Source of the DNA: a bacterium
GTDB lineage: Bacteria; JADJOY01
Reading direction: 5' to 3'
DNA: 64,000 bases
Assembly: GCA_046331705.1 (NCBI GenBank)
Contig: JAXLQJ010000029.1
Coordinates: forward strand, 1 to 64,000
Below the pieces are notes generated by a model that had not been told where the DNA came from, made no database searches, and was given only the letters and a program-made list of their open reading frames with translations. The position numbers and the translations under genes were made by a program. Positions 39,449-48,040 of the stretch are shown here, one piece after another; the stretch's first letter is position 1, and each line of letters begins with the position of its first letter.

Positions 39449-39726
39449 CCACGCTCGTCGTCCATCTCGTCGCGAGCCGGAAGGCGAGCCGACGAGCGAA
39501 GCGAGGAGACTCGGGGTGGGTCCCAGCGCGGCGTCGCCGCGATGGGCGGCGGGCTTGAAAAGCCCACGAACCCGCGCCGCGACGACCGACTGGCGCCGCG
39601 GTCTCCACGCTCGTCGTCCATCTCACCGCGAGCCGGAAGGCGAGCCGGCGAGCGAAGCGAGGCGACTCCGGGGTGGGTCCCATCGCGGCTTCGCCGCGCT
39701 GGGCGGGGGGCTTGAAAAGCCCCCCG
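39449..39726. repeat. Two ~120-bp REP/MITE-like direct repeats (156-bp period) with internal hairpins
   Basis: Copies at 39449-39568 and 39605-39726 share CCACGCTCGTCGTCCATCTC..GCGAGCCGGAAGGCGAGCC..GAGCGAAGCGAGG..GGGGTGGGTCCC..GGGCTTGAAAAGCCC. Confidence 0.9.
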
Positions 39727-39733
39727 TGGAAGC

Positions 39734-40114
39734 TCAGATGCCCATGCCCTGATCCACGAACGCGGCGGCCTCGTCGTCGGCGGGCGGCTCGGGCAACGCA
39801 CGCGTCGGGAACTCGATGTGGTGCTCCGCGCCAGCGGCGTCCGTCAGGATCCACTCGAGGCTCTTGCCCCGATAGCTCTTGACCACCAGCGACGTCTCGG
39901 CGCCCGTGACCCAGAACGGCATCTTCACCTCGAGGGCGAAGCGCGGGCACACCTTCACGCACGCATAGCAGCCCCAGCATTCCTTCACGTCGCGGATGCG
40001 CACCTCGTTGGTGCGGAAATCCTTCTCGATGACGTCACCCGGGCACACGCGTACGCACGGCGGCTCGGGCATGAGCCCACACGAGTTGCAGGCCTTGAGG
40101 TCGATCTCGATCAT
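39734..40114 (-). CDS. aprB: 4Fe-4S dicluster protein, APS reductase beta-subunit-like
   Basis: CNSC...CVRVCPGD and ECWGCYACVKVCP; directly downstream of the aprA-like gene. Confidence 0.7.
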   Translation of the reverse strand: MIEIDLKACNSCGLMPEPPCVRVCPGDVIEKDFRTNEVRIRDVKECWGCYACVKVCPRFALEVKMPFWVTGAETSLVVKSYRGKSLEWILTDAAGAEHHIEFPTRALPEPPADDEAAAFVDQGMGI

Positions 40115-40145
40115 GGGCGTGCCTCGGAATGAGTGCGCCGAGCGC

Positions 40146-41870
40146 TCAGCCGCCCGCGTGGGCGAAGCGCAGCTCGCTCGGCCCCTGGTGCGGCCGGCGC
40201 TCGACCCGCACCTCGCCAGTGTCGGCGTCGCGGCGGCTGACCAGGAAATAGAGCGGAGCGTCGGCGTCGGGCTCGGCGACGTCCACGCGGTGCTGGTAAC
40301 CGGGCCAGCGGCGCTCGTCGCGCGCCAGCAGATGCTCGACCAGCGCCCGCGCCACGTCGATGCGGTCGACCACCTCGTGGACCAGCATGAGCTGGTGCGC
40401 GTTGGACGCCTGCAGGTGATCGAGGTGGGAGCCGAGCGAGCGCAGCTCCTCGCGCGCCACCTCGAGGCGCTTCGGGTGGAGATCGAAGAACGTCGACGGC
40501 CCGCCGGCGTACTCGTCCATGATCCGCTGCAAGCGCCGGAGCACGTCCTCGTGGCTCAGGCCGACGCGACCGAGCAACCCGCGCCGGAGCGGCGCCAGCA
40601 CGCGCCGCATCTCTTCCTTCCAAGCCGAGCTTTCCGGCTCCTCGACCCGCGCACACTCGGCGAGCGCCGTGCGCGCCGCGATGCGCGCTTCCACCCACGC
40701 CCCGCTCACGTACTTCTTGGGTGCGCCGCCGGCGACGTCGCCGGCCGCATAGAGCCCAGGTAACGACGTGCGTCGATCGACGTCCACCCAGTAGCCCGCG
40801 GCCGTGTGGCCGCCCAGGAGATACGGTCCGGACGTCCCCATCTCGATCCGCAGCGGCCCCTCCTTGCCGGCGAGCGTGCCGAGATAGAGCAAGAGCGACG
40901 GCGCCATGTCGAGGTACGCCCGCGCCGCCTCGTCGACCTTCTCGGTGCGCAGGTGCGAGAGATCGAGGTAGATCGGGCCGCGCCCCGCGCGCAGCTCGTC
41001 CATCATCGCCGCGAGCTGTTGCGGCAACGTGGGCTTGCGCCCGCCGTCGTACCCCGCCCGCGCCTTCGCGAACTCCTCGCCCAGCGCGTTCACCTGCTTG
41101 GCGCCGAACGCCTGCACCAGCGTCCCCGTGGGCGCCTGCACGTGGCGCACGCGGGTGGGGATGAAGCGCATCTCGAGGGTGGTCAGCTCGGCGCCGGCGC
41201 GCAGCCCGACCGCGTAGCCGCTGCCGACGTTGTAGGGCGAGTACCAGAGCCGGCTCATCATCGAGCCGTCGGAGCGCGGCGGGTAGAGCCCGGCCGCGCC
41301 ACCGGTGGCGCAGATCACCGCGCCGGCCGACACCACCACCAGCTTGCCGGTCCGCACGTCCACGCCGAAGGCACCCGCGACACGGCCGTCGCGCACGATC
41401 AGGTTGGTGACCGCCACGCGATTGCGGACTCGCGCGCCCGAGGCGTAGACGCGCTCGGCAAGCACCAGCTTCAGCGACTCGCCGCGAATCTGGATGCTGC
41501 GCGGGCCCTTCGAGATCGGGTTGCCGTCGGCGTCGCGGTGGATCTGCATTCCCCACGACTCGACCAGATGAGTCGCCTCGTGGAGGCCCTGCGCGAAGCT
41601 CAGCACGAGGTCTTCGCGGACGAGCCCGTGGGAATCGCGACGCGTGCTCTCGAGGTAGCTCTCGGGGCTCTGGTCGGCGCGCAAGTAGGCATTGACGGCG
41701 TTGAGCCCCGCGGCCACGCAGCCGGAGCGCACGATGTCGGCCTTCTCGAGGATCAGCACGTCGCGGCTCGAATCGACGGCGCGCGCTTCCACCGCCGCCA
41801 TGCAACCGGCGGCTCCACCGCCGATCACCAGCAAGTCGGTGCGCAAGAACTCGGGTTTGGTATCGATCAT
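40146..41870 (-). CDS. aprA: Adenylylsulfate reductase alpha-subunit-like flavoprotein
   Basis: IGGGAAGC, EKADIVRSGCVAAG, ATGGAAG, WYSPYNVGSGY, EMRFIPTR..APTG, GGHTAAGYWV, RDERRWPG. Confidence 0.8.
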   Translation of the reverse strand: MIDTKPEFLRTDLLVIGGGAAGCMAAVEARAVDSSRDVLILEKADIVRSGCVAAGLNAVNAYLRADQSPESYLESTRRDSHGLVREDLVLSFAQGLHEATHLVESWGMQIHRDADGNPISKGPRSIQIRGESLKLVLAERVYASGARVRNRVAVTNLIVRDGRVAGAFGVDVRTGKLVVVSAGAVICATGGAAGLYPPRSDGSMMSRLWYSPYNVGSGYAVGLRAGAELTTLEMRFIPTRVRHVQAPTGTLVQAFGAKQVNALGEEFAKARAGYDGGRKPTLPQQLAAMMDELRAGRGPIYLDLSHLRTEKVDEAARAYLDMAPSLLLYLGTLAGKEGPLRIEMGTSGPYLLGGHTAAGYWVDVDRRTSLPGLYAAGDVAGGAPKKYVSGAWVEARIAARTALAECARVEEPESSAWKEEMRRVLAPLRRGLLGRVGLSHEDVLRRLQRIMDEYAGGPSTFFDLHPKRLEVAREELRSLGSHLDHLQASNAHQLMLVHEVVDRIDVARALVEHLLARDERRWPGYQHRVDVAEPDADAPLYFLVSRRDADTGEVRVERRPHQGPSELRFAHAGG

Positions 41871-41894
41871 GGCGTGAGCGGTGCGAGTACGAAG

Positions 41895-42344
41895 TCAGAT
41901 GTAGTACATGGGCGGGGTCGAGAGTCGCCGCTCGTCCTCGCAGAGCTGCGAGAGGCGCACCGAGCGGAGCAGCTCGCCGACCGTGGTGTCGACGCGTCCC
42001 CACAGCGCCGCGAGCGCGCGGCGCGGCGGCACCCGGCGGGTGGGCGCGGCGGTGCCGCCCGGGACGCACGAGAGCGAGTGGCTGCCGCCCTCGAGCGACT
42101 CGATCACGTCGTGGACGCTCAGCTCGCGCGGATCGTGCGCCACGATGTAACCGCCTGAGGGGCCGCGGGCGCTCCGAATCAGCCCGGCTTTGCGCAGCGT
42201 CACGAGCACCTGATCGAGGAAGGGCTTGGGAATGCGCGTGCGTTCCGCCAGCTCTCGGCTCGAAACAGGCGTATTCACGCCGGCTTGCGCGAGCTCCAGC
42301 ATTACGGCGAGACCGTATTCGATTCGCGCGGACACCCGCATCAT
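41895..42344 (-). CDS. Rrf2-family transcriptional regulator (CymR-like)
   Basis: YGLAVMLELA, IPKPFLDQVL, SARGPSGGY, VIESLEG; only one Cys, so not the IscR three-Cys type. Confidence 0.9.
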   Translation of the reverse strand: MMRVSARIEYGLAVMLELAQAGVNTPVSSRELAERTRIPKPFLDQVLVTLRKAGLIRSARGPSGGYIVAHDPRELSVHDVIESLEGGSHSLSCVPGGTAAPTRRVPPRRALAALWGRVDTTVGELLRSVRLSQLCEDERRLSTPPMYYI

Positions 42345-42349
42345 GCGAT

Positions 42350-42367
42350 CCTGATTAACTTGATCGG
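42350..42367. promoter_or_regulatory. Putative Rrf2 autoregulatory site CCTGATTAACTTGATCGG
   Basis: AT-rich imperfect palindrome 5 nt upstream of the Rrf2 start, resembling IscR type-1/CymR boxes. Confidence 0.55.
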
Positions 42368-42527
42368 CGCGGTCAGGTTTAACCGCCGCTCGCGCCGAAC
42401 GTCAAGCCTCGCCGGCACTTGGCGCGACACCCGGACCCGAGATCGAACGCACAATCGACGGTGCAGCGCTTGTCCGCGCGTCACGGGACATTCAGACTTA
42501 CGGCGCCCTCAGAAAGGAGAGCCAGCC

Positions 42528-43871
42528 ATGCCGACCTTCAAGCACATCACGCTGCCCGACGGGGATCTCGTCGAGATCAAGAACGGTCGCCCCGCCACTC
42601 CCGACCGTCCGATCATCGGCGTCCTGCGGGGCGACGGCACGGGCATCGACATCACTCCCGTGATGCAGAAGGTCGTCGATGCGGCGGTGGCCAAGGCGTT
42701 CGGCGGCAAGCGCCAGATCGCCTGGTGCCCCATCTATGCCGGGCTCGAAGCATGGCAGCGCTACGGCGAGGTGCTGCCGCAAGAGGCGTGCGACGCGATC
42801 CGCCACCTCAAGATCGCCATCAAGGGACCGTTCACCACCCCCATCGGCGACGAGAAGTTCGTGTGCTTGCACTGCGCGCACCAGCAGAACACCCAGGCCA
42901 CCTGCGACGAGTGCGGCAAGACCGATGGCGTGACGCCGCGCTTTCGCTCCATCAACGTCGGCTTCCGGCAGGCGCTCGATCTCTACGCCTGCATCCGCCC
43001 CGTTCGCTACTTCAAGGGCGTCCCCGCGCCCAACAAATACGCCGACAAGGTGGATTTCGTGATCTTCCGCGAGAACACCGAGGACGTGTACGCGGGCCAC
43101 GACTTCGAGATGGGCGGCGAGGTCGCGAAGGCGGTCATCGAGCTGGTCCGCGAGCGCACCGGCAAGAAGATCCGCCTCGACAGCGGCATCGGCATCAAGC
43201 CGATCTCCGAGCACGGCTCCAAGCGGCTCGTTCGCTCCGCCATCCAATGGGCGATCGCGCAGAAGCTCCCGTCCGTGACCTTGGTGCACAAGGGCAACAT
43301 CATGAAGTTCACCGAGGGTGCCTTCTGCAAATGGGGCTACGAGGTGGGTGCCGAGGAATTCGGCGACCAGACCATCCCGGAGAAGAAGGTGTACGACGAT
43401 CACGGTGGCAAGGTCCCCGCGGGCAAGATCCTCATCAAGGACCGCATCGCCGACTCGATCTTTCAGCAGATCCAGACCCGCCCCGACGAGTACAGCGTGC
43501 TCGCGCTGACGAACCTGAACGGCGACTACCTCTCGGACGCAGCCGTCGCGCTCGTGGGCGGATTGGGGCTCGGCCCCGGCGCCAACATCGGCGACGACGC
43601 GGCGCTTTTCGAAGCCACCCACGGCACCGCGCCGAAATACGCCGGCAAGGACAAGGTGAACCCGGGCTCGATCATCCTCTCGGCCGTGATGATGCTCGAC
43701 CACATGGGCTGGCAGGACGCGAGCCGCCTGATCGTGAACGGCATCGAGCGCTCGATCCACGACGGCGTGGTCACGTACGACCTCGCGCGTCTGATGACTC
43801 GCGAAGGCCGCACCGACGTGAAAGAGCTCTCGTGCTCCGGCTTCGGCAACGCGATCATCGAGCGGATGTGA
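42528..43871 (+). CDS. icd: Isocitrate dehydrogenase (E. coli-type dimeric family) with a Cys4 insertion
   Basis: GDGTGIDI, IKGPFTTP, RSINV, FRENTEDVY, VHKGNIMKFTEG, NLNGDYLSD, EATHGTAPKY; AGGAG SD. Confidence 0.95.
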   Translation: MPTFKHITLPDGDLVEIKNGRPATPDRPIIGVLRGDGTGIDITPVMQKVVDAAVAKAFGGKRQIAWCPIYAGLEAWQRYGEVLPQEACDAIRHLKIAIKGPFTTPIGDEKFVCLHCAHQQNTQATCDECGKTDGVTPRFRSINVGFRQALDLYACIRPVRYFKGVPAPNKYADKVDFVIFRENTEDVYAGHDFEMGGEVAKAVIELVRERTGKKIRLDSGIGIKPISEHGSKRLVRSAIQWAIAQKLPSVTLVHKGNIMKFTEGAFCKWGYEVGAEEFGDQTIPEKKVYDDHGGKVPAGKILIKDRIADSIFQQIQTRPDEYSVLALTNLNGDYLSDAAVALVGGLGLGPGANIGDDAALFEATHGTAPKYAGKDKVNPGSIILSAVMMLDHMGWQDASRLIVNGIERSIHDGVVTYDLARLMTREGRTDVKELSCSGFGNAIIERM

Positions 43872-43963
43872 ACGGCTCGCGGCCGCGCACGCGAAGCGCC
43901 GCCGCACCCTAGCCCCGCTCTCCCCGCAGCGCGCAGCCCCCGCGCGACGCGCTGCGGATTCGC

Positions 43964-45118
43964 TTAGTCTTGCTGGTGCTCGAGAATCCGCAGGACCTCG
44001 GCGTGGCCCCGGCTCCGGGCGAACGCGATCGGGGTTTGGCCACCCGCCTCGGCACCCGGATCGGCCCCCCGCGCAACGAGCGCCCGGACGATCGCCACTT
44101 CGCCCATCTCGGCGGCCCGGTGCAGCGCGGTGAAGCCGCGCAGGTCCTTCGCACTCGGATCGGCTCCGTGCGCAAGCAGGCGTTCGACGTGCGCCGTCCG
44201 ACCTGCCTGCACGGCGTTCATGAGTGGGGTCGCGCCTTCGGCGGAGGGCGCATCGACCTGAGCCCCGTGCTCGAGAAGCCACTCGAGCGCGACCCCGTCC
44301 GTGCACACGCTCGCCCAGTGGAGCGGCGTCAGGCCATCGGCCGCGAGGAGATCGATCGGAACTCCGCTTGCGACGTGACGTGCGGCGGCTTCGATGTCAC
44401 CGCGCGCAATGGCGAGATGGAGCAACGAGTAGCTCCGAAGAGGGCGCCGCGGTGGGCGGTGCGGGACCTCGTGGGGCGTGGCACAGGTCGCGAAGCGACC
44501 GAAGAGGCTGAAGCATTCGTGAGCAAGCTGAGTGAGATCGCGACCTTCGGCGGTATCGATGGGCGCCGGAAAGGGGTCGCCCAGGACGTGGGTCCGAACC
44601 AGGAAATCGACGACCCGCTCAGGCCTCAGCTTGGCTCCGCCCGCCACCGAGCCGGTCAGTCGGGAGAGGATCGCTTCGCCGTTCGCGACGCTCACGTCCG
44701 CGATAGCCACGACCTCCCTGCGCCAGCTCCTCACGAAGATGAGCTTTCCATCGCGCAGGAAGAGCGCCCACTTCTGCTCCATGTGCGAGGGAAGGAAGAG
44801 CGGTCCGTCCGCGAGCACGTTATCGGTCGGATAGCGCAGATCGAGGGCGACGCTCGTCGGTTCGTGCGGAAGAACGCCCACGAACGTGCTGCCATCGTCT
44901 CCCCCAAAGGAGACGGCGTTGCTCGCACACACCGGATCCGAGCTCCACGCCGTGAGGTCCCGGGTCACCGGCGTGAGGTCCAAAATCGCAACACCGAACG
45001 GATTCTGATCGGCCGCAACCCAGCGCGGCTGCGAGCGCGGCTCCGCACCAGGCTCGACGGCACGCCCTTCGCTGATCGGCTTTGCGCCGAAACGCTTCTT
45101 GAGCCCATCCCACGCCAT
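43964..45118 (-). CDS. Ankyrin-repeat protein with an unknown N-terminal domain
   Basis: GLTPLHWA, GATPLMNA, GFTALHRA, GQTPIAFA repeats; N-terminal MEQKW...VRSW segment. Confidence 0.85.
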   Translation of the reverse strand: MAWDGLKKRFGAKPISEGRAVEPGAEPRSQPRWVAADQNPFGVAILDLTPVTRDLTAWSSDPVCASNAVSFGGDDGSTFVGVLPHEPTSVALDLRYPTDNVLADGPLFLPSHMEQKWALFLRDGKLIFVRSWRREVVAIADVSVANGEAILSRLTGSVAGGAKLRPERVVDFLVRTHVLGDPFPAPIDTAEGRDLTQLAHECFSLFGRFATCATPHEVPHRPPRRPLRSYSLLHLAIARGDIEAAARHVASGVPIDLLAADGLTPLHWASVCTDGVALEWLLEHGAQVDAPSAEGATPLMNAVQAGRTAHVERLLAHGADPSAKDLRGFTALHRAAEMGEVAIVRALVARGADPGAEAGGQTPIAFARSRGHAEVLRILEHQQD

Positions 45119-45255
45119 GACGGCGAGTTTCTCACGGTTGGCCGCCGGACGACGCCTGCGCAGTCGACGAGCGCTCGCGGCCGCGGCGACGAGCCGCGCC
45201 ACTCGGCGCTCGTCGAGAGTTGTGCTCCGCGGATCCGCGGCGCAGGATGCCATGC

Positions 45256-46005
45256 ATGTTCGGTCGGCGCTTGCGAGTTTTCGCATTCACCGCGGCATTC
45301 TTCACGCTGCCCGCGTGTGGCGACGACGGCGGTCTTCCGAGCTCCGCGGCATTTCCGCCGCAACCGACCGTTTCTGCTTGCCTGAGCCCCGTGCCCTCTC
45401 CCGAGGATCTCGACGCGGACGGGGCCGCACGAATCGAGGGCACCGTCGTCGAGCAGGGCGTCGGCTATGCGCCCGATCATTGCTTCGGGCACGCCGTCGG
45501 TCACGACCTCGTGCCGGAGGGCGCTGCAGGATCGCAGTGGTTTCGGCTGCGAGACGCAAGCGGCAACGAGCGGATCGCCGGGATTCACGTCTCGGGATCC
45601 GAACCGCTCGCGATCACGGAAGGAGAGACGATTCGCGCCGTTTACCATCGTCTCCCCTTCTTCGGTGCCGCCGAATCGTTGTTGCTGACGCGCGTGAACG
45701 GTGACGTGCTCACCTGGGTGCTCAACACGGCGACGGCACCCATCCCCGGCCCCGCGGGCGTGTCGATCGAGCTGGGCAGGCGCGTGGGGCGCGACGACTA
45801 CGCGTGCGGTCACGACGATCTTCACGAAGTCCGCGTACAGGTGAACGAGGAGCGCGGCTCGATTCCCTTTCATGGTGCCGCCCAGGTGGGTGGGATGCGT
45901 TTCGTGAACGCCGGCGCAGGCGACACCTTCTATCCGGATGCATGCCATCCGGCGGATGCGCCGTCGGGACCGTGGTTCTTCATCGCTGCCACGCCTCAGC
46001 CGTGA
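45256..46005 (+). CDS. Hypothetical lipoprotein
   Basis: Signal peptide with lipobox LPAC; several Cys. Confidence 0.6.
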   Translation: MFGRRLRVFAFTAAFFTLPACGDDGGLPSSAAFPPQPTVSACLSPVPSPEDLDADGAARIEGTVVEQGVGYAPDHCFGHAVGHDLVPEGAAGSQWFRLRDASGNERIAGIHVSGSEPLAITEGETIRAVYHRLPFFGAAESLLLTRVNGDVLTWVLNTATAPIPGPAGVSIELGRRVGRDDYACGHDDLHEVRVQVNEERGSIPFHGAAQVGGMRFVNAGAGDTFYPDACHPADAPSGPWFFIAATPQP

Positions 46006-46069
46006 GCGCGCTCTCGGACGTGCTGCGCGCGGGGTGAGCGCACTTCCGGGCTGCGCGAGATCGCGCCCG

Positions 46070-46360
46070 ATGGTGGACCCTCGCGAAGCAGGCGACGTCC
46101 CGTACGGCGAGGACTGGGACGACGCCGCGGAAGTCACCGCCTGGACCGCGGCTGCCGACGGCAAGCGCCCGGGGCGGGCACGAGTTCGCCACGCCATCGC
46201 GGAGCGCGTCGCGGAGCTGGCTGCGGGCGCGCACGTCGTCGAGCTCGCCTCGGGGCCTGGCCTGCTTGCGCACGCCGTGCTCGATCGCTGCGCGGATCTC
46301 GGAAGCTACACCCTGCTCGATCTCGCCGAGCCGATGCTGGAGCTGAGCCGTTCGCGTGGA
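46070..46360 (+). pseudogene. Truncated class I SAM-dependent methyltransferase
   Basis: VVELASGPG and LLDLAEPML motifs, then similarity is lost after about 95 aa. Confidence 0.6.
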
Positions 46361-46499
46361 TCTCGCGCTGAACGGCCTGGTGCTCTACGCTGCCCGGAAG
46401 CGAGCCGCGTGACGCGTTGCCCTCCGTGGAGATTCGCGAATGGCGATCGCGTGCCACACACTCCCACCCACCCGAGCCATCGCTCGCGACGGAGGCATC

Positions 46500-47006
46500 A
46501 TGAGCATCGTGAACCGGCCAGCCGCAAGACCGGCGTCTCCCGATCTGCGCTCACACCGTGCTCCCTCGGCTTCGAGATTCGCACGTCGCCGATCGACGTG
46601 GCCTGCCGCGATCGGTCCAACCAGGATCGGCCTGCTCGTGCTGGGCATGCTGCAGGTGGCGGCCGCGGCGAGCGCCGGACAGGACTGGGAGCTCGTCACC
46701 GTCACGCGCGGTGCGACGTGGGAGATCAACCAGGCGAAGGGCACCTTGAAGCGCGACGGAAGCGTGCTCGAAGGGACACTGAACGACACCAAGGACGGTC
46801 AAGCCGACTATCGGATTCGCATCGAGCTCACCGGCGACCACGCGAAGGCCAAGTTCTGGTTCGTCTCCGAGAACGACGAAGGCACGACCCTCACCGGCAG
46901 CTACAGCAAGGCGCCGCACCCAACCCAGACCCATTGCCCGGAACAGATTCAGCTCGTGAACTCCTTTCAGTACATCGGTCTTGCCCGGGATGCGTGCAAG
47001 CCCTGA
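46500..47006 (+). CDS. Secreted hypothetical protein (paralog of 49148-49561)
   Basis: GGAGG SD, signal peptide, mature region WELVTVTRGA.WEIN...FWFVSENDEGTTLTG. Confidence 0.75.
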   Translation: MSIVNRPAARPASPDLRSHRAPSASRFARRRSTWPAAIGPTRIGLLVLGMLQVAAAASAGQDWELVTVTRGATWEINQAKGTLKRDGSVLEGTLNDTKDGQADYRIRIELTGDHAKAKFWFVSENDEGTTLTGSYSKAPHPTQTHCPEQIQLVNSFQYIGLARDACKP

Positions 47007-47057
47007 CGGAAGACGCAACCGGTCTCGGCGAGCCGCTCGCGAGCGACGGTGCCCGTG

Positions 47058-47918
47058 ATGCCGGTTGACACGCGCGAGGCGCCGGACGACACGGCCGTCC
47101 GGACCGCACTGTGGCGCGCGCTGCACGTGCTGGCGGACCCGCCGCCGCACGTGTTCGTGGACGACTTGGGGCTCGCCCTCGTCGCGCCCGACGAGGGCTG
47201 GCGAGATCGCCCGGACATGAGCCCATTCACGCGGCCGTTCCGCGCGTCCATCGTTGCCCGCGCGCGCTTCGTCGAGGATCTGGTCGCGGACCGCGCCGCT
47301 CGCGACGTCCTGCAATACGTCATCTTGGGTGCGGGTCTCGATACCTTCGCTCAGCGCCGGCCGGACCTTGCGTCGCGGCTTCAGGTGTTCGAGATCGATC
47401 AGCCGGGCCCGCAGGCGTGGAAACGAAAGCGGCTCGGCGAGCTCGGCTTCGGCATCCCGACCTTCCTGCACCTCGTGCCCGTCGACTTCGAAGCGGGCGA
47501 TGCCTGGTGGGACCAGCTCCTCGCGAGCGGCTTCGATCGCGCGCGTCCGGCGGTGGTCGCCGCGCTGGGCGTGAGCATGTATCTGACCGAGGACGCGATC
47601 GCCGCGATGCTGCGCCGCATCGCTACCCTCGCGCCGGGCTCGACGTTCACACTGTCCTTCCTGCTTCCCATCGAGCTGGCCGATCCGGAGGTACGCCCCG
47701 GGATCGAGCGCGCCGCCGAGGGCGCGCGAGCAAACGGTACGCCGTTCATCAGCTTCTTCACGCCAGACGCGATGCTGGCGCTGGCCAGGAAATGGGGCTT
47801 CCGAGCGGTCGAGCACGTCTCGGCGAATGCGCTCGCCGAACGCTATTTCGCGAATCGAACGGACGGCCTTCGTCCGCCGGCCAATGCGGAAGAGCTGCTC
47901 GTGGCCACCATCCTCTGA
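47058..47918 (+). CDS. SAM-dependent methyltransferase (leucine carboxyl methyltransferase-like family)
   Basis: TAVRTALWRA, RARFVED, QYVILGAGLDT, FEIDQP, VPVDFE, GVSMYL. Confidence 0.9.
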   Translation: MPVDTREAPDDTAVRTALWRALHVLADPPPHVFVDDLGLALVAPDEGWRDRPDMSPFTRPFRASIVARARFVEDLVADRAARDVLQYVILGAGLDTFAQRRPDLASRLQVFEIDQPGPQAWKRKRLGELGFGIPTFLHLVPVDFEAGDAWWDQLLASGFDRARPAVVAALGVSMYLTEDAIAAMLRRIATLAPGSTFTLSFLLPIELADPEVRPGIERAAEGARANGTPFISFFTPDAMLALARKWGFRAVEHVSANALAERYFANRTDGLRPPANAEELLVATIL

Positions 47919-48040
47919 GCTCGTCCGAGCCGCTCACCGATGCCGGGACCCGCTCGAGCGTCCCGTCGCCCGCGGGTCGCGGGTGCTTGGAGCGGATCGC
48001 CGATCCGTGCGATGAAGCGGCTCGGGAGAGCGTTCCGGCG

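Noticed and set aside
39734-41870. Evidence that the organism is a dissimilatory sulfate reducer
   Set aside because: No sat, qmo or dsr genes in the window, and the Rrf2 context fits assimilatory-type AprAB-like proteins.
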